From Octopus sinensis (Eukaryota): a stretch of DNA of 64,000 bases. Positions 13,331-28,000 of the stretch are shown here, piece by piece (positions within the stretch are counted from its first letter, which is position 1; each line of letters opens with the position of its first letter). The stretch lies in NCBI RefSeq assembly GCF_006345805.1, contig NC_043002.1:19530001-19594000 (forward strand), written 5' to 3'. A program made the translations under genes and the position numbers. The notes beneath the pieces were generated by a model, which saw nothing but the letters and a program-made list of their open reading frames with translations, was not told the DNA's origin and did not search any database.

Positions 13331-16300
13331 GGCAGTGAGCTGGAAGAAACGTTAGCGCTCCGGGTGAAATGCTTAGTGGTATTTCACCTGTTCTGAGTTC
13401 AAATTCCACCGAGGGCAACTTTGCCTTTCATCCTTTTGGGGTCGATAAATAAAGTACCAGTTTCGCACTGGGGTCATTGTAATCGACTTAATCCCTTTGT
13501 CTGTCCTTGTTTGTCCCCTCTATGTTTAGCCCCTTGTGGGTAGTAAAGAAATATATATATATATACACACACACATTAATTTTTGTATGCTTGTAAATAT
13601 TTGTATTAAGTATTTTGTTTTGCATTTGTAAACTTTTATGCATTTGTTTGTAAGAATGGAAGTAATGTTTGCATCCTTGCATTAGTAGTGTGTGTGTCTG
13701 TCTGTGTGTCTATGTTGTTTTTGTGAATGTGTGTGTTTGTATGTAAAGTGCACCAATATAATCTGTGTAAGCTAAGACCTGTACATGACAAATACAACTC
13801 AGCAATAAATGCTGCAACAACAACAATGATCACACACTGGAATTACATCGCAGCTACTGTGACAAATGCATGACAGGTTAATTACACTTAAAAGCCACTC
13901 CTTTATAAGAAGCTTCTATTTCTGATTCTTATAAGTGTGCAGAAACTACACATTAGTGTGCAGATATGTGTGATCTGTCAAGTTGAGTTTTATGTCACAG
14001 TCATAAGTTGTCTGATGTCTTTGCATTTTAAAGAAGGTGCATTGTTCTTGAGTAACAATTGTGTGGGGGTGTTGCTTAAGGAGTGGTTCTTTGTATGGAT
14101 ATATATGCCTGAGGTGTGTAGAAGTGTATGCTGATGTAGTAATTTACATGTGTGTGTGCGAGAGAGAGAGAGACAGACAGACAGACAGAAAAGCTAAATG
14201 AGTAAGAGAAAGTCAGAGCAAAGCAATGTATGTTTGTGCAATAGAAATAATTTGTTAGTTTATTTGTAGGTTTACATCTAAGTGTAGGAGGAGAGGAGCA
14301 CATGTGTGGTGTGTGTGAAAGAACATATTTCATGGTTGTCTATGTGAAAGACAGTGAATATAATAGTTTAAGTGGATTGGGAGTGTATATTGATTATCTT
14401 GTTTGTTTTTAGGAATATATAGATTTAAATTGCTGTGTGGTAAATACATAAGGATTCACTGCTGATTAGAGAGAGAATGTCAGTTGTAGTATCTACTTGG
14501 GTGCTTGTCAGTGTTTAAAAAAGATAACCAAATTATAGAAAACAAAATACTGTTTTATGCTAACCACTTATAAGTGGTTGATATAACTGGTTTTGTGTGT
14601 ATGTGTATCTATCAATAGTTAAGTCAACATATCAATGTAAAAGCAGCCTTCTATCTTTAGTGAGTTTTGAGTGACTTGATAATGTAATTGAGGGCCCTGC
14701 TTCTTTATCTATTAAGATAGACAAAGAAGTTCGCCCCCTCCCCCACCTTAGTAGTTTATGTAATAATGGATTGTTACAAAAACAGCAGTTAGGGTAAGGC
14801 TGTAGGTGAGTATAATAGAGATTTGACAGGGTGTAAAAGTCACAATAGTCAAATATGTAGGATCCGAGTTGAGTCAAGAGTTGAAGCTCACCTGTTTATA
14901 TTGCATTATGTAACATTTTGTAGTCAGTTTCTATTATGTTGTATTGCCTTTTGTTGTGCTGCTGCTGCTGTTGTGTGGTTGGTTAGCTCTGGTTGAGATG
15001 ACCTATGATTTAAGGCTTTCTAACCATGACTACATCATCTTGTTTTTAGGATTAATAAATTTAAGACTACACTAGTCAATATGTCATTCTTTTTAAGATG
15101 GTAGGGTGTGATTCAAAGAAGATTTGGTCACTATTTTTAACAGGTCACATTAATTGTATAGTAACTTCCTCATTGATTTGTGTGCTAACTGCCTAATTCT
15201 ACATGTATATCATAACCTTCTGTCAGATCATGCTTGTAGCACAAAAAGAGTATAGTATAATTTTAGGGTGTTTAGAAAGTGTTGGATTACCTACCTGTTC
15301 ATGGTTCATAAGTTCAAATCAGCATGTTCTCCAATGCCTCACTTCACCTTTCAGAAATAGGTATGAGTTTATATGGCATCAAAAATTTCCTGGACTAGTT
15401 ATGTTTAATAACAAATAACTTATTTACCTAAGTTTTAGCGTCACCTTGTACAGCAATACATCAATCCATGCATTCCTGCTACTTTTGGAATCTGACCAGG
15501 AAATCGTTCTATAAAATAAGTACATTAATTTTTCTAAATTATGATACAGTTCAATCATATTAACTGATCGTTACCATTTACGGAAGATCATTCATGTTCA
15601 ACCATTATAATGTCGATGAAGGAAAATTATAGAATGCCTGAATCAGTGAAAGAGCAGAAAAGTCATTGATTCTTGTATAATCAGTACCAAGTTAACTTTA
15701 TATACTCTCACATTTCCCTGCCTTCTCTTCTTGCTCACTTTCCCTCCTCTTTTTACTTCACTGTGTCCCTGTCATTTTTTCTCACCCCTCCTTAATTCTT
15801 CTGTCCCTCTGCCTCTACCTCTCTTCTCTCCCCATGGACCGGTGTTTGGCCAAGCCTGATCTTTCTTTTTTGGTTCGGTCGTCATCCATGCAAAATCTAT
15901 ATTCCTTCCTGTGCCTGTTAAATCTTGTATCCCTGCTGTAAGGCTTTATTTCCACACACGCCAGCTTAATTTAATTCGTCAGTTGAAACACACCTGTTGT
16001 TAGGTCTTGTTATTTGTATCTGTGTAACATTCTCTATTTTTATTCCATCCTTGTTTTCATATACATTCACTGCTTTCTTCCAAGGAATCTAATGCTCTTA
16101 GCTTAGTTTTTCCTTGGGGCTGGCCAGATTGGAGCAATCTCGAGTGTAACCAGCCGAAATTGCAAAGATAATCTGGAACTCGACTGAGGAGAGAAAACTC
16201 CAAATGACCGTCCTTGCTTTCCTAGTATTGTCTAGCTGGATGTTTTGCGTTCTTGTCCCATTTTGTATTTTTTATACATACACACACACACAGATATATA

Positions 16301-16707
16301 TATATATATATATATGTAAATTCTTGGCACTCTTGTACGTGTGGGTATTCACAAACACATTTATATATTATTATTATTGTTATTATTATATTTATATATA
16401 AACATTTTATGCATGTTAATGTTGATGTAATATCTATTATATAACTAACAAGATTATGAAACAGCTGTAAACAAATGGAATAAACATCTACTCCCTTACC
16501 TCATTTCGCTTATTTGTTCTATTAATATACATACATATGCACACACATAGATTACATACATACATACATATATACATTCATTCAGGTTTGCAAATGAGAA
16601 GAAAAAGTACTCAATGCATTTAGTAGAGTTTATTCAGTCATTGAAAACTAAAGCTTCTTTCTATTAATACTCTGAGTTTTCATTTTCAGTTTTTCCTAGT
16701 GTGCAAT

Positions 16708-16739
<32 letters not shown>

Positions 16740-16749
16740 TTATAGTACT

Positions 16750-16800
<51 letters not shown>

Positions 16801-18996
16801 ATATATATACATACATACATATGCAAATATGTTTCTGTTTTTTTGTTCTTTTCACTTTGTTCTTCTCTCTTATATTAGATTTTATTTTTATTATCTGTAA
16901 ACAAAAAAAGAACATATAAAAAACATAGTCTGTCTGTTTTCCATTAGTCACCATCACAGATTGAACCAATTAACAGTGACAACAAAGACCAGGTATTTCT
17001 TCATTTGCTGTTTTACCATTTATAACCTTACTCCAACCACTATTTGTTGTTTTTTTTCATTGTTTATTTTTCTTTTGTTTGTTTGGAGATTTAGTCAGAG
17101 CAAGCAATAAATGTTATATAGCTTTGCTTCCATTCTGCTCCTCTAGCTGCATATTGTAGTTCCGGTTTGGATGGATCCAAATACACTAACATCTCACGTT
17201 GGGGTTTTCTTCAACTTTATTTATTAAAAAACATTTTTTTTTCTTATTTATCAAAATTTTGAGTACCAGTAATAAGTAAATAAGTAAATGAATCTCTGAT
17301 GGTTATGGTTGCTTCAGTTATTTGATCAACTGAATTACCTTCTCACTGAGTTAGTATGTAAGTGGTTGAGTATTCCACTCTCACATGCAACATTTATGTA
17401 AAACTTAATTAGGTTCAGCTAGATATAATGTGTGTCATGGCTGTACCTTTAAGTTACAGGTACAATCCATATGACAAGCTTCTGCATAGCTTCCATCAAC
17501 TCAACTTTGCTCTCAAGGTTTGAGTCAACCTGAGGCAATAATAAAAGACCTTTGCCCAAGATGCCAACTAGTGGGATTGAACCCAAGATCTTATGATTGT
17601 GAAGTGAACAGCTTGAAAATTTGATCATGCTGTGTCCATAGTACCAATAATAAACTTGTGTTGATTTACCCTTTTACAAAAAAAAAAATCAAGTTAGTTT
17701 TGTGTGATCTAAAGAAAGCTTTAATTAAGAGATTTCTTGGCCCTACTAAAAACTATATTTTGATTTACTTTAGGAATGACTTTACCAAAGTCACTAACGC
17801 TATTCTTAATAGCATGTTCATTATAACCTTATATTTCCTCATCCAACTGTTATATATTCATATATTAATATGTTCTTACAACTAAATGAACTTAACCTGA
17901 AATTATGTCTTTTGGCCATGAACAAACATAAATTTGCATCTGTATCAGGGACCTTTCATATATATCTCATACTTGATCACTTGCAAACTTGTATAACTTT
18001 TTTCTGATAGCAGACTAGTAAAAAATTCAATCAATAAGGGAATTTCTGTTTAACTGTTCCATGGCTAAATCTCATTCAACTAAATTCCAACTATTTCTAA
18101 TAGAAGGGCAACATACTCTAAGTTTTACTTTCAATAGAATAATCCGCAATAAAAACAAAATTGTAATGTGTCTTAAAACACAGATCAAATATGTGATTCA
18201 AGTATTACCCTCCACATTATACGTCTGACAAGAATGTTGGTTTAAAACAGTATTCTTAAAGAAATGCCACTGACATACAGTGGTTACTGAAACAGAATAT
18301 GATAAATGTTAAGAGATAAATTTGAACTATTTTATGAAATAAATGTCATGTATCTAAATGGCAATGTAATAATAATATTATCATTTGAAACTTGTGATGT
18401 GTAAAAGTTGTGACATCATGACATGCCCAGTGAAAATTCAGTGGATCAGTTTACCTGGAAATATTTATCAGACCACTTAGCCATCTAGCTAGCTAAACTA
18501 TAAGAGTACTAATATCTTTTATATTTCCCTTTTTTTTTTTTTTTTTTTTGGTAGAAGGTAGGTGTGAAGGATCTTACGTCATCACAATATTTTTTTTTCA
18601 CTATATTATCGCTCCATTCCTCAGTGGGGCCACAGCTACTGTAATCTAATATGAACTTTGCTTTACAGCGCTCTGCCACTTTCTTCTATCAGAGAAGGTG
18701 GGTAAGTGGTGTTCCTGGCATCACTTCTTTCTCTCTTGAAGTATATCTTTCTTCCTCTTGAAAGATTTACTAGTCAGCTGTTGTTCAAGGGTATCTCTTG
18801 AGCCATGCACATCAATACGCTTTATCTTTGCTATCTCAATTAAACTGCTTTTAATATAAGTCATAGGACAAAATTGGTTTAGTTCCAAGAGTGATTGAGT
18901 ATTTTAAATTTAATTTGGGATTGAAATCAATTATATAAATTTATTGAAACTCTTTCTACTGCCATTCTCCCAATTTAAATTGTGGAAAATTAGTGG

Positions 18997-19027
<31 letters not shown>

Positions 19028-22000
19028 CTCGGTTATATTCAGATAATGACATTCATTACCCTGAGATTTTCACAGAGAAGTTGCTGCTACCTTGAGTCAC
19101 TGACTACTATTCATGCATTCAGTGGATGGTTTTCACTGCCATGTTTTAAGTAGAAGCTTATTGCGCTGTGCGTTGGAGGGAGATTACATTTCTCTTCTCA
19201 GCAGTTGAGATTCAGTGTCCTCTCTGTGTCCAATAAAAATGTATACAACCTTAGCTGTATTCAAAAGGTTGTTTATTGTGCTGTATATGTTCAACAGGAA
19301 ATGGCAGTTGTCCTGTACATTTGTAGTCCATACCATTTTCAAGGGAAAGGCTTATCCTCATTTAAAGTTGATGATTCTGTTTTTTAAAGAGTGGGCGTGA
19401 TTATCTTTACACTCATTTAGAGTTTTGTGGCACCTGCATTCTTGCATCTGTTCAGAGGGGAAATTACCATCTACATGTTCAATATGCTATTGTCACTGCT
19501 TTGTACTCTTTGACAATAGGATATTGGTACCCTGTGCTCAGTGTATTGTGCCTATTCAGTTGCTATTTTGTTAAAAGAAGGAAATTGTTATCGTCTTGTG
19601 ATCATTTGGAAGACATGGCTTTCTTCCTTTCAACACAAAGTCTTGTCATCTTCATGTAAAATTCTCAACACTTACTCCAGAGAATTCTCGTGTGTCAACA
19701 TTATTCATAAAAAAAAGATATGATGTGATGGCCAGAAGTGATGAGAAAGAGGCTTTGTGATAGGAAAGAAGGAGGGGCTTATTGCAGGGTTCTTAGTATC
19801 AGAAGACAGTACCAAAGTTAGAATGGAGATGTATGAGTGTTGAAGTATGAGGGACAAGAGCATTATAGAAATAAGGTAGGGTTAGAAAATATTATAATGT
19901 AGATTGAGGCATCATAGAAGATTAACATACAAGACTTAATAGGGTTCATGAAATAACAATCTAGGTGAGTTCAAAAACTTTGTGGACTCTGCCTCATTTC
20001 CTTGGATTGAATGAAGACTTCAAAGTAGCTTTAAAATTAGATGGAACATACCAGTTGCTTCTTGCTCTGCACAAAAAAGGGGACTCTTTTGGTAGCATAT
20101 TTTAACCATGCTTTCATCACATCACAGCCAATGCACAATGTTTTGGGTATCATTTATTTTTTATTTATTTATTCATTCATTCATTTATTATTTATGTCAT
20201 TTACATTTTTCAGATCCAAAATTATAAAAATTACCATACAAATGTTGCTATGGAGATGAATTAGTGATCTAGAGGTCATGGGTGCAATTTTTTAATGTTT
20301 TTTAGTGCTTTAGTCAAGAGAAAGGAGCTGTACCTATGACTTTAACAGACCCTCCAAGACTGAGGAGAGTGATGCTGTTAACATTCCTCTCAAATTATTG
20401 TCAGTGACCAAATGCAGGGCATGTATTCCACAGGAACAACATTCTGGGGAGAATGAGCTGGGTGTTCTAGTTGTATGTGTGTGGGTAGGGGGCTATTATG
20501 GGTGTGACACAATATGGATTTCAAAAGGTGGGTAGAGAAGTAAATCAAGAATGCCTGAGCAGAGGTGACATGAGACCAGTCTGCTCTGAGGAACAGAAGC
20601 CATTATAGTATCAGTAGAAAAAGAACAGAGAAGAGGTGGTATATCTGTGAGCCAGAGATTAGAGTGTATTTGAGAACACCTTCATGCAGATTAATCAAGT
20701 GGCCTTTCCTTGGAGGGCATCTATGATGTCTCTGTGTGTAGAAGCGGCACTTCCCCAGATGTTGGGACAGTACTCCACTGTAGGTCTCACTTGTACTTTA
20801 CAGAGGATTAGTAGTTATTAGGGGCTGAAGTATTTTTCTAAACACTGTTCTTGCCCCCATATGCAATGTGTTTATGTTTTTTAGGGAAAAGCAACTTACA
20901 TGTTGATCTGTATATACACTTAATGGATCAGGGAAGAAGGATGCATACATACACACACACACAAAATCGTTCAGCTGGAAAAGTTATCGAAATATTAAAC
21001 ACAGCTAGCTACCAATAATCCAGTTATGATATTGCCTAGCACTTTAGAATATCGAATTTTATTCTATTCAGTTCAGGGTTTCATCATTGAACACAAATGT
21101 AGATTTTATACCGAGTACAAAGTGTCCCATATGTGAGACAGCATTTAACAGCATTCGTGTTTTATTTGCACCTTAATTGCGGGATACAGGTTTATGAATT
21201 ACAGTGTAAAGAAAATCTTTAATGAAAGAGTTTATGCTATTTAGTTCAGTGCTCTGCTGTTCTTGGTTCAAACATCACCCGGCTCAACTTTATATTATGT
21301 TACTCCAGGATTGCTATGTACCAGCAATATCTAGGGATTGACATTATTTTCTCACCTCTCACAAACATTAGTGATTTTCATAGTTACAAAATCATTATTT
21401 TGGGTGGAGTGGGATAGGCATTGCTATACAACAATAATTTCACAGTAATATGTTCAGAGCAATGATAAAAGCATGAACATCAAAACTCACTGTACTGCTA
21501 CTAAATATTCTGTGGTCTTGTGATGAGGAAAAATAAATCATCATCATCATCATCACCATCACCATGATCACCATCATCGTCATCATTAGCTCAGTTGGCA
21601 GAGTGGAAGACTGTAATTAGATTATAAATTTCTTTGAAAAGAAAAAATAATAAAATGACAGAATAAATCCTTTATTTAGTTACATCCTTTTGTTTTGAAT
21701 TCAGATCCTACTAGGGTTGCCTTTACATTTCATCCTTCCATAATTGAAAAAAATAAGTACCATTCATATGCTGGGGCCAGTCAAAGTGGCCTTGTCTCTA
21801 TGATTCTGGTTATCCCTAAAGTGTGGCATTAAGTTTAAATTCATGACTGAAACTGCTTAACTTCTCTTACTAAATTGACATCTGGGCTTGTATATAGAAT
21901 AGTGGAAACAGAATCTGTAAAACAAAGATCACTCTGTACATTTAATATTTTTTATTCGTTTACTCGTCTGTCCCTTCCCCTAAAGATTACTTTGTTAGGT

Positions 22001-25000
22001 GAGGATCTTGATAAACATATTTGTTAGATGGAGGTGTAGTATGAGATACCTTAGTAAAATTATGTATTGTTTTATTTAGTTTTCCAAGACAGTGCATCTC
22101 GTGTGGTTTTCTTGTGTGTTTATTAACAAAGTTTGTTGATTTTTGAAGACTTGTTAGTACTAAAAATGCAATTTTAAAACAATACCCATTTAAATTAGTC
22201 AAGTATAAAAAAAAAAAGAAGAAAGAAAATGACTGATAAATTTCTTGCATGTTACTAATTTTAGAATTTAAGGAATCCAAATTTTGCAGTGTAGTTTGGT
22301 TATGCAGTTTAATGAATTATTTGACAATGTGTTTTGCTATTTATTGACTCTCTTTCATTTTTCCAGGTCATGGTAGGTAGATTAACTACCTTTTTTGTGG
22401 GGGTTTTTTTTTGCCATTTTTCTTTTCCAGCCCTTTCATTTCTCTATCACCTATTATTTCTTCCCTTGTTCTTCAATCCTTCTTTCTCATTTGCCTTCAG
22501 TGGCTTTAGGTAGGCTCAGTTGTGTGCGTGTGTGTGTGTGTGTGTGTATATACATATGCACACACTATTTCTAATAAGGGTTAAGCCAAATGAGTAAGGC
22601 ACCAAGGGGATTCATGTCTTTGCTCTATGATGTGTGAGTGGCTAAGAGGTCTAAACTCTTAATTCATCCATTCTACCTAGCTTTAAGTACTTACCAAATT
22701 AGTTCATTTGCTTTCAGCACTGAGGGGCTGAAGAAGCAACCCCAGTATTCAGAGTCAGATGAGTTCCACAATTACATCTTTCCTTGTTAGTGGATTCACA
22801 TTCTGGCTCTGATTACAAATTGGATATGGCTGACATGCTTCACTCTGTTCTACATTAGGCTCATCTTTCATCACCTGGCAGATATTTTTCTTGGCCAAGA
22901 GAGGTAACTACTAATGTGGGTTATCTGGCTTACAAGTTTTAATATATTTGGTAAATTAGTAAGGCATTTCTTTTTGTCAAAGTCAACAGAGGCTCTAGCT
23001 GATACATAAATGGTTCATGTAGATGATATTTACTAACCTGATGGTTTTGGCTTCAAAACCATCACGTTAGCACTTAGATGCATCTACCTTCTGTGAAAAC
23101 CACTTTTGCCAATTATGCAGTCAACATCTAATCATCACAGCCCATCAAATTTTCTATTCCAATAGAAAAACATTGATAACTCTCAATATTGTCCACTGCA
23201 GCTGAGAATGTGGTCAGATAGCCTTCCAGCTAAACAGAAAGCACTGAGAAGCAAATACACTAAGTTGATACAAACAATAATGTCAAACTAGATGTTTTTA
23301 CAATATTTACTTCGGGAGTCAGATTTTTTTTTCATTCCTCTGGAGGTCCATAAAATAATACCACTACTTATTTTTTTTTATCTCTCTTCTAATATTAATA
23401 GGTTTTGTTTTCAATTAACAGAAATTTGTATTTCTTTTTTGACAAATATTGTCTTTTCTTTAAAAGTTCTGTATTCAACTTTTTAATACTTACTATATCT
23501 TTTATCTTCTGTTAAATGTCTACTTCACACTAAATGTTATCAGTTTCAAATGTGTAAAGCTTCAAAGTAATTAAAATTATTGCAGGGGAAAAAATAACGC
23601 CAGAGAAACTAGCTCTAGTCTTCATCAGCAAAAACTGTTTCTATCAGTAAAATATAATTTTTTAAAGTTTGTATTTCGTTGAGAGAAGAGTCTCCTGACA
23701 TTTCAGACTAAGCTCTTCATCTAAGAACAATAAAGTTTTAAGTGTCTTTCATCTATTATTATTTGAGGAAACTGTAAAGTTAGAGCTTCTTTGAATGTAT
23801 GAGAGGAAAGTAATGGGTGAGAGAAAGGAATAGAAGTTAGAAATGAATGACATTAGGTGTAGAAACTGAATAAGCTGGAAGATGAGAGGTTGGTTTATAG
23901 ATCAATCAGTTTATCTTTCTTTTCAAAGAAAGCATTCATTCCAAGATATCAAGAAACTCTTCTCCCAATGGCATTCAAACTTAACAAACTTTGTACTTTA
24001 CCAATGAAGTATGACATGTAAAGTTCAGTAGATATTGTTTACATATATATCTCATAGACAAAAGTATATTCAGATTATTCATTCAAAACTTAAATTCTCT
24101 TTAAGGTTTTTATTATCTCAACGCCATTTCAATGTTTTGAATTCCAGTTTAAATTTTTGAAATATTCAAATATCTTTTCATTTAATCATAGCTCTTGTAT
24201 TTCAGCAGCTATTGATCTGTGCTTTTCCATTTATTTTATTATTTTAATTATTACTTCTATTATTTTATTAGTTAGTTAGTTAGTTAGTTAATTTGGCTCA
24301 AAAGCAAATAGCAAGGCCATATAGGGGGACATGGAGTTAAGTACAGGGTGGTGTTCATGTAAAGAGTTCAGGCCACTTGAGGTCCAGGGAGGCTTTGAAC
24401 AAAGCGGTCGTCGGCATCTTCACCATCTCGTCTGGCAGCTTGTTCCACGGATCCGCAACCCGGACGGAGAAAGCTCCTCTCCTTCAATTGAGATGAAATC
24501 GTCGCAGGTAGAGCTTTTCGGTTTGACCCTGCAGCCGACGCTCTGGAGCAGGAGTGAAGAACAGCTCTTTCGAGAGGTTACACTTTCCGCTTATGATGTT
24601 GTGGGCGAGAATGAGATCACCACGGCGGCGGCGTTTTTCAAGAGAATAAAGGTCGAGCGTCCTCAGCCTTTCTTCGTAGGACAAATTTTTGAGACCATGA
24701 ACCATGCGGGTAGCCAGCTTCTGGACTCTTTATTTTAATTATTACTTCTATTATTTTATTATTTTAATTATTACTTCTATTATTTTATTATTTTAATTAT
24801 TACTTCTATTATAATTATTATTTCAAATTTTTATTACTTCTAATTTAATCAATTCAGAACTCATTTTCCACCAGAAAGAAATAATTAGTGTTTTGTGCTA
24901 ATGTAAGAAATTATTAAAATTATTATTTGGCAGTGGATTCGCAAAAACTATGGAATATCAAACTAAACATTATTTCAGAATTAAATTCACTTTCTCCTAC

Positions 25001-28000
25001 ATTCTGAATTTAAATCCTATCAGAATCAATTTTACTAGTTTTATTGTCACTATTACTCCTAATAGAAAGCTGGATACCAATTTTTTTTCTTAGTTAAGAA
25101 TTCATATCCTCACTACAGCTGCTGTGTCCTTAAGTAAGACTCTTAACACACTCTTCTTACCTCAAGCATTAAATTTAAACCAACAATGATTATCATAATT
25201 GGTATTGTTTTCCATTATGCTTATGGAGGTTAAGGTTGTTGTAAGCTGGCAGAATCATTACTCGCTGGACAAAATTTCTGTCATCACTTTATGTTCTGAG
25301 TTCAAACACTGCCAATGTTGACTTTGCCTTTCGCTCTTTCAGGGTTGATAAAATAAGTATCAGTTGAGCATTAGGGTTGAGGTAATCCATTTGATTCCTC
25401 TCCTCAAAATTACTGGCCTTGTACTAAAATTAGAAAGAATTACGCTTTTCAAGGTTAAATTCAATGATGGGTCAAGACATTATCTCTTACTCTTTATGTC
25501 ATATTTTGTAGAGAAAGAAAAAACTCAACATATATCAAACCTCAAATATATTTAGAAAAAAAATGGAGTGAATTAATAGAATATATGCCAGTAACATGAC
25601 ATAAGCAAATTCTAGGAACCAGTATTCAGCAACATAATACTGTTCTTGGAGTGGTTGGTGTTAGGACAGGCATCCAACCATAGAAGCCATGCCAAACCAA
25701 ATTGGAACCTGGTGCAGCTCTCCAGCTTACCAGTTTCAGTCAAACCATCCAACCTGTGCCAGCCTGGAAAGCAGATATTAAATGGTGATGATGATGATAT
25801 GATGTCAATCCCCTTGGATAGGATATAAACCCTATCACTTTTCCAGATAGTCAAATTCTGATTCCTAATATAGCTATGTGATCAGTTAATTATTGAGGTA
25901 ATTAGTCATCAAATGTGTTATCCAGGTAATTAGGTATAAAGTGTGCTACTCGGGTAATTAAGTGTAAAGTGCACTACTCAGGTAATTAAGTATAAAGTGT
26001 ACTACTCAGGTAATTATAAAATTTGCTGCTCATTAACAAAATGAACCATGTACAATAGATTATATATTTTGCTGTATACATTTATATATGTTTGTCGTAT
26101 TTCAATGGTATGTATATGTGTCAAAAAGTGTACATCTTGGTTGTGTATAGACTGTATTTCATGGGTATATGTGTGAGTGTATTTCATTGGTGTATTTGTG
26201 TAGCAGTCATTATACCTTACTTCTTAGTTGTATATAGACTGCATTTCAATTATATCATCATTTTTTCATTGTTTTAATATCCACCTTTCTATGCTTGCCT
26301 GGATCAAACAAAGCTTATTCGAGCAGATTTTCCATGGCTGAATATCCTTCCTGAAAACATCAATGATGTATGTATGTATGTGTATATGTTTCCATGTATG
26401 CAGGAATGTCTATATGACATTATTGTCTCACCTTTTGTTCAATATTGTAGAATGAATGATGTGTGTATGCTTGCATGTGTCAGGTTCCAATGACGTATGC
26501 TGTTTCCCTAATTCAAATGGGTTGTTAAAAAATGTATTTATTTCTAGGCTGAAAACAAGAATTCAAGACAGTCACTAGCTTTCATTGAGAAATATTTGGA
26601 AGGTAAATATCTCCATTAAACTTCGTAAAATTATGCACTTAATTGAACCATATTAGTTTAATTTTTTAAATATTTTTGTTGTCTTTTTATTACTTTTTTT
26701 TTTCTTTGCACTATTGCTTCTTTTATCAGTTTTAGTCAGTGACCTTCAGGAAGAGATGATCACTTATTGGGTTGTATTTTATTAATTCGAATTCATTTTT
26801 TTATCAACATTAGATAATATATCCTTTTATTCTTTTACTTGCTTCAGTCATTTGACTGCAGCCATGCTGGAGCACTGCCTTGAAAGATTTTAGCCAAGAT
26901 AAATCAATCCAGGACTTATTTTTTTAAGCCTAGTACTTATTCTTTTGGTCCCTTTAGTTGAACGGCTAAGTTACAGGGGCCATAAACACACCGACAGTGG
27001 TTGTCAAGTGCACACACACACACACACACATAGATACATACATACATATATACGTATGTATAGAGTGTTAGGTGTGATGTACAGAAATTGAATATTGAGA
27101 AAAAAAAGTCATCAGAATTTTAGAAAAAAATATTTTTATTTCTTCATTATTATTAGTGCTTTCATTCCTTTCTTGAACTTGTCAAATAAAATTTTGTGTG
27201 TATATATATATATATAACAGGCTTCTTTTAGTTTCCATCTACCAAATCCACTCACAAGGCTTTGGCTGGCCTGAGACTACATAGTAGAAGACATTCTCCC
27301 AAGGTGTCACACAGTGGGACTGAACCCAGAACCATGTGGTTGGGAAGCAAGCTTCTTACCACACAGTCACACCTGCACCTATATCTACATTATCTCATTA
27401 TGTATTATAACTTCATTCATTGCCTGGAAAATATTCATTGTAAAAGCTATTAAGGAAGCTGTTGCTAACAGAATTAATGGGGTATATCTAGCCTCCCCCC
27501 CCCCCCACACACACACACTAGTTGTTGCTGTTGTTAAGTTTGAAATCTATTGAGTAGGTGTTAGATATATATTGATGTAGTGATTGTGTGAGTGTACCTT
27601 ATACAAAAACCCCACAAACCTGTTCTGATATTTATCTGGCAGGTGTTGCCTTTACTTCCTGAGTACACAATGCGCGCTTGAACAAACCGCATGTGATATA
27701 TTGCAGAGTGGGTTGACACTATATCTGGCTTTGGTGAACATTGGATCAATCTAGATAAGTCTAAGGTGTATGGCAGGGTTGACCATTGCTTTCTAACAGC
27801 TGTTGCAAACATAACTAGTTTAGTTCTGTCTGGATCACTAAAATGTACAGCAGCATCTATTCAATAGTCAAATGAAAGGGCCACTTATCAGAATTAATTA
27901 CAATGCTTATTCTGCCAAAGTTGCTTTCTTTTCTCTCTTTTGTATGTTATAACATCATAACTATTTGGGCTAAGGCTGAAAACATTGAGGATAGTATTGT

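Noticed and set aside
19080-19720. Possible old LINE endonuclease remnant on the minus strand (NDHK..F)
   Set aside because: Too degraded to support by eye; needs tBLASTn/HMM.
20214-20264. Strong acceptor followed by IQNYKNYHTNVAMEMN-stop
   Set aside because: No convincing donor or nearby poly(A) signal.
20355-20410. CUGAGGA-GAG...CUC...GUC
   Set aside because: GAAA is missing and stem I does not pair.
23595-23635. Minus-strand CUGAUGA-A-GACUAG/CUAGUU hairpin
   Set aside because: No GAAA or UH follows, so not called a hammerhead.
24331-24738. 135-aa + strand ORF
   Set aside because: Antisense shadow of the CR1 fragment.
25897-26016. CRISPR-like periodicity
   Set aside because: Contiguous units without spacers in a eukaryotic intron; a minisatellite.
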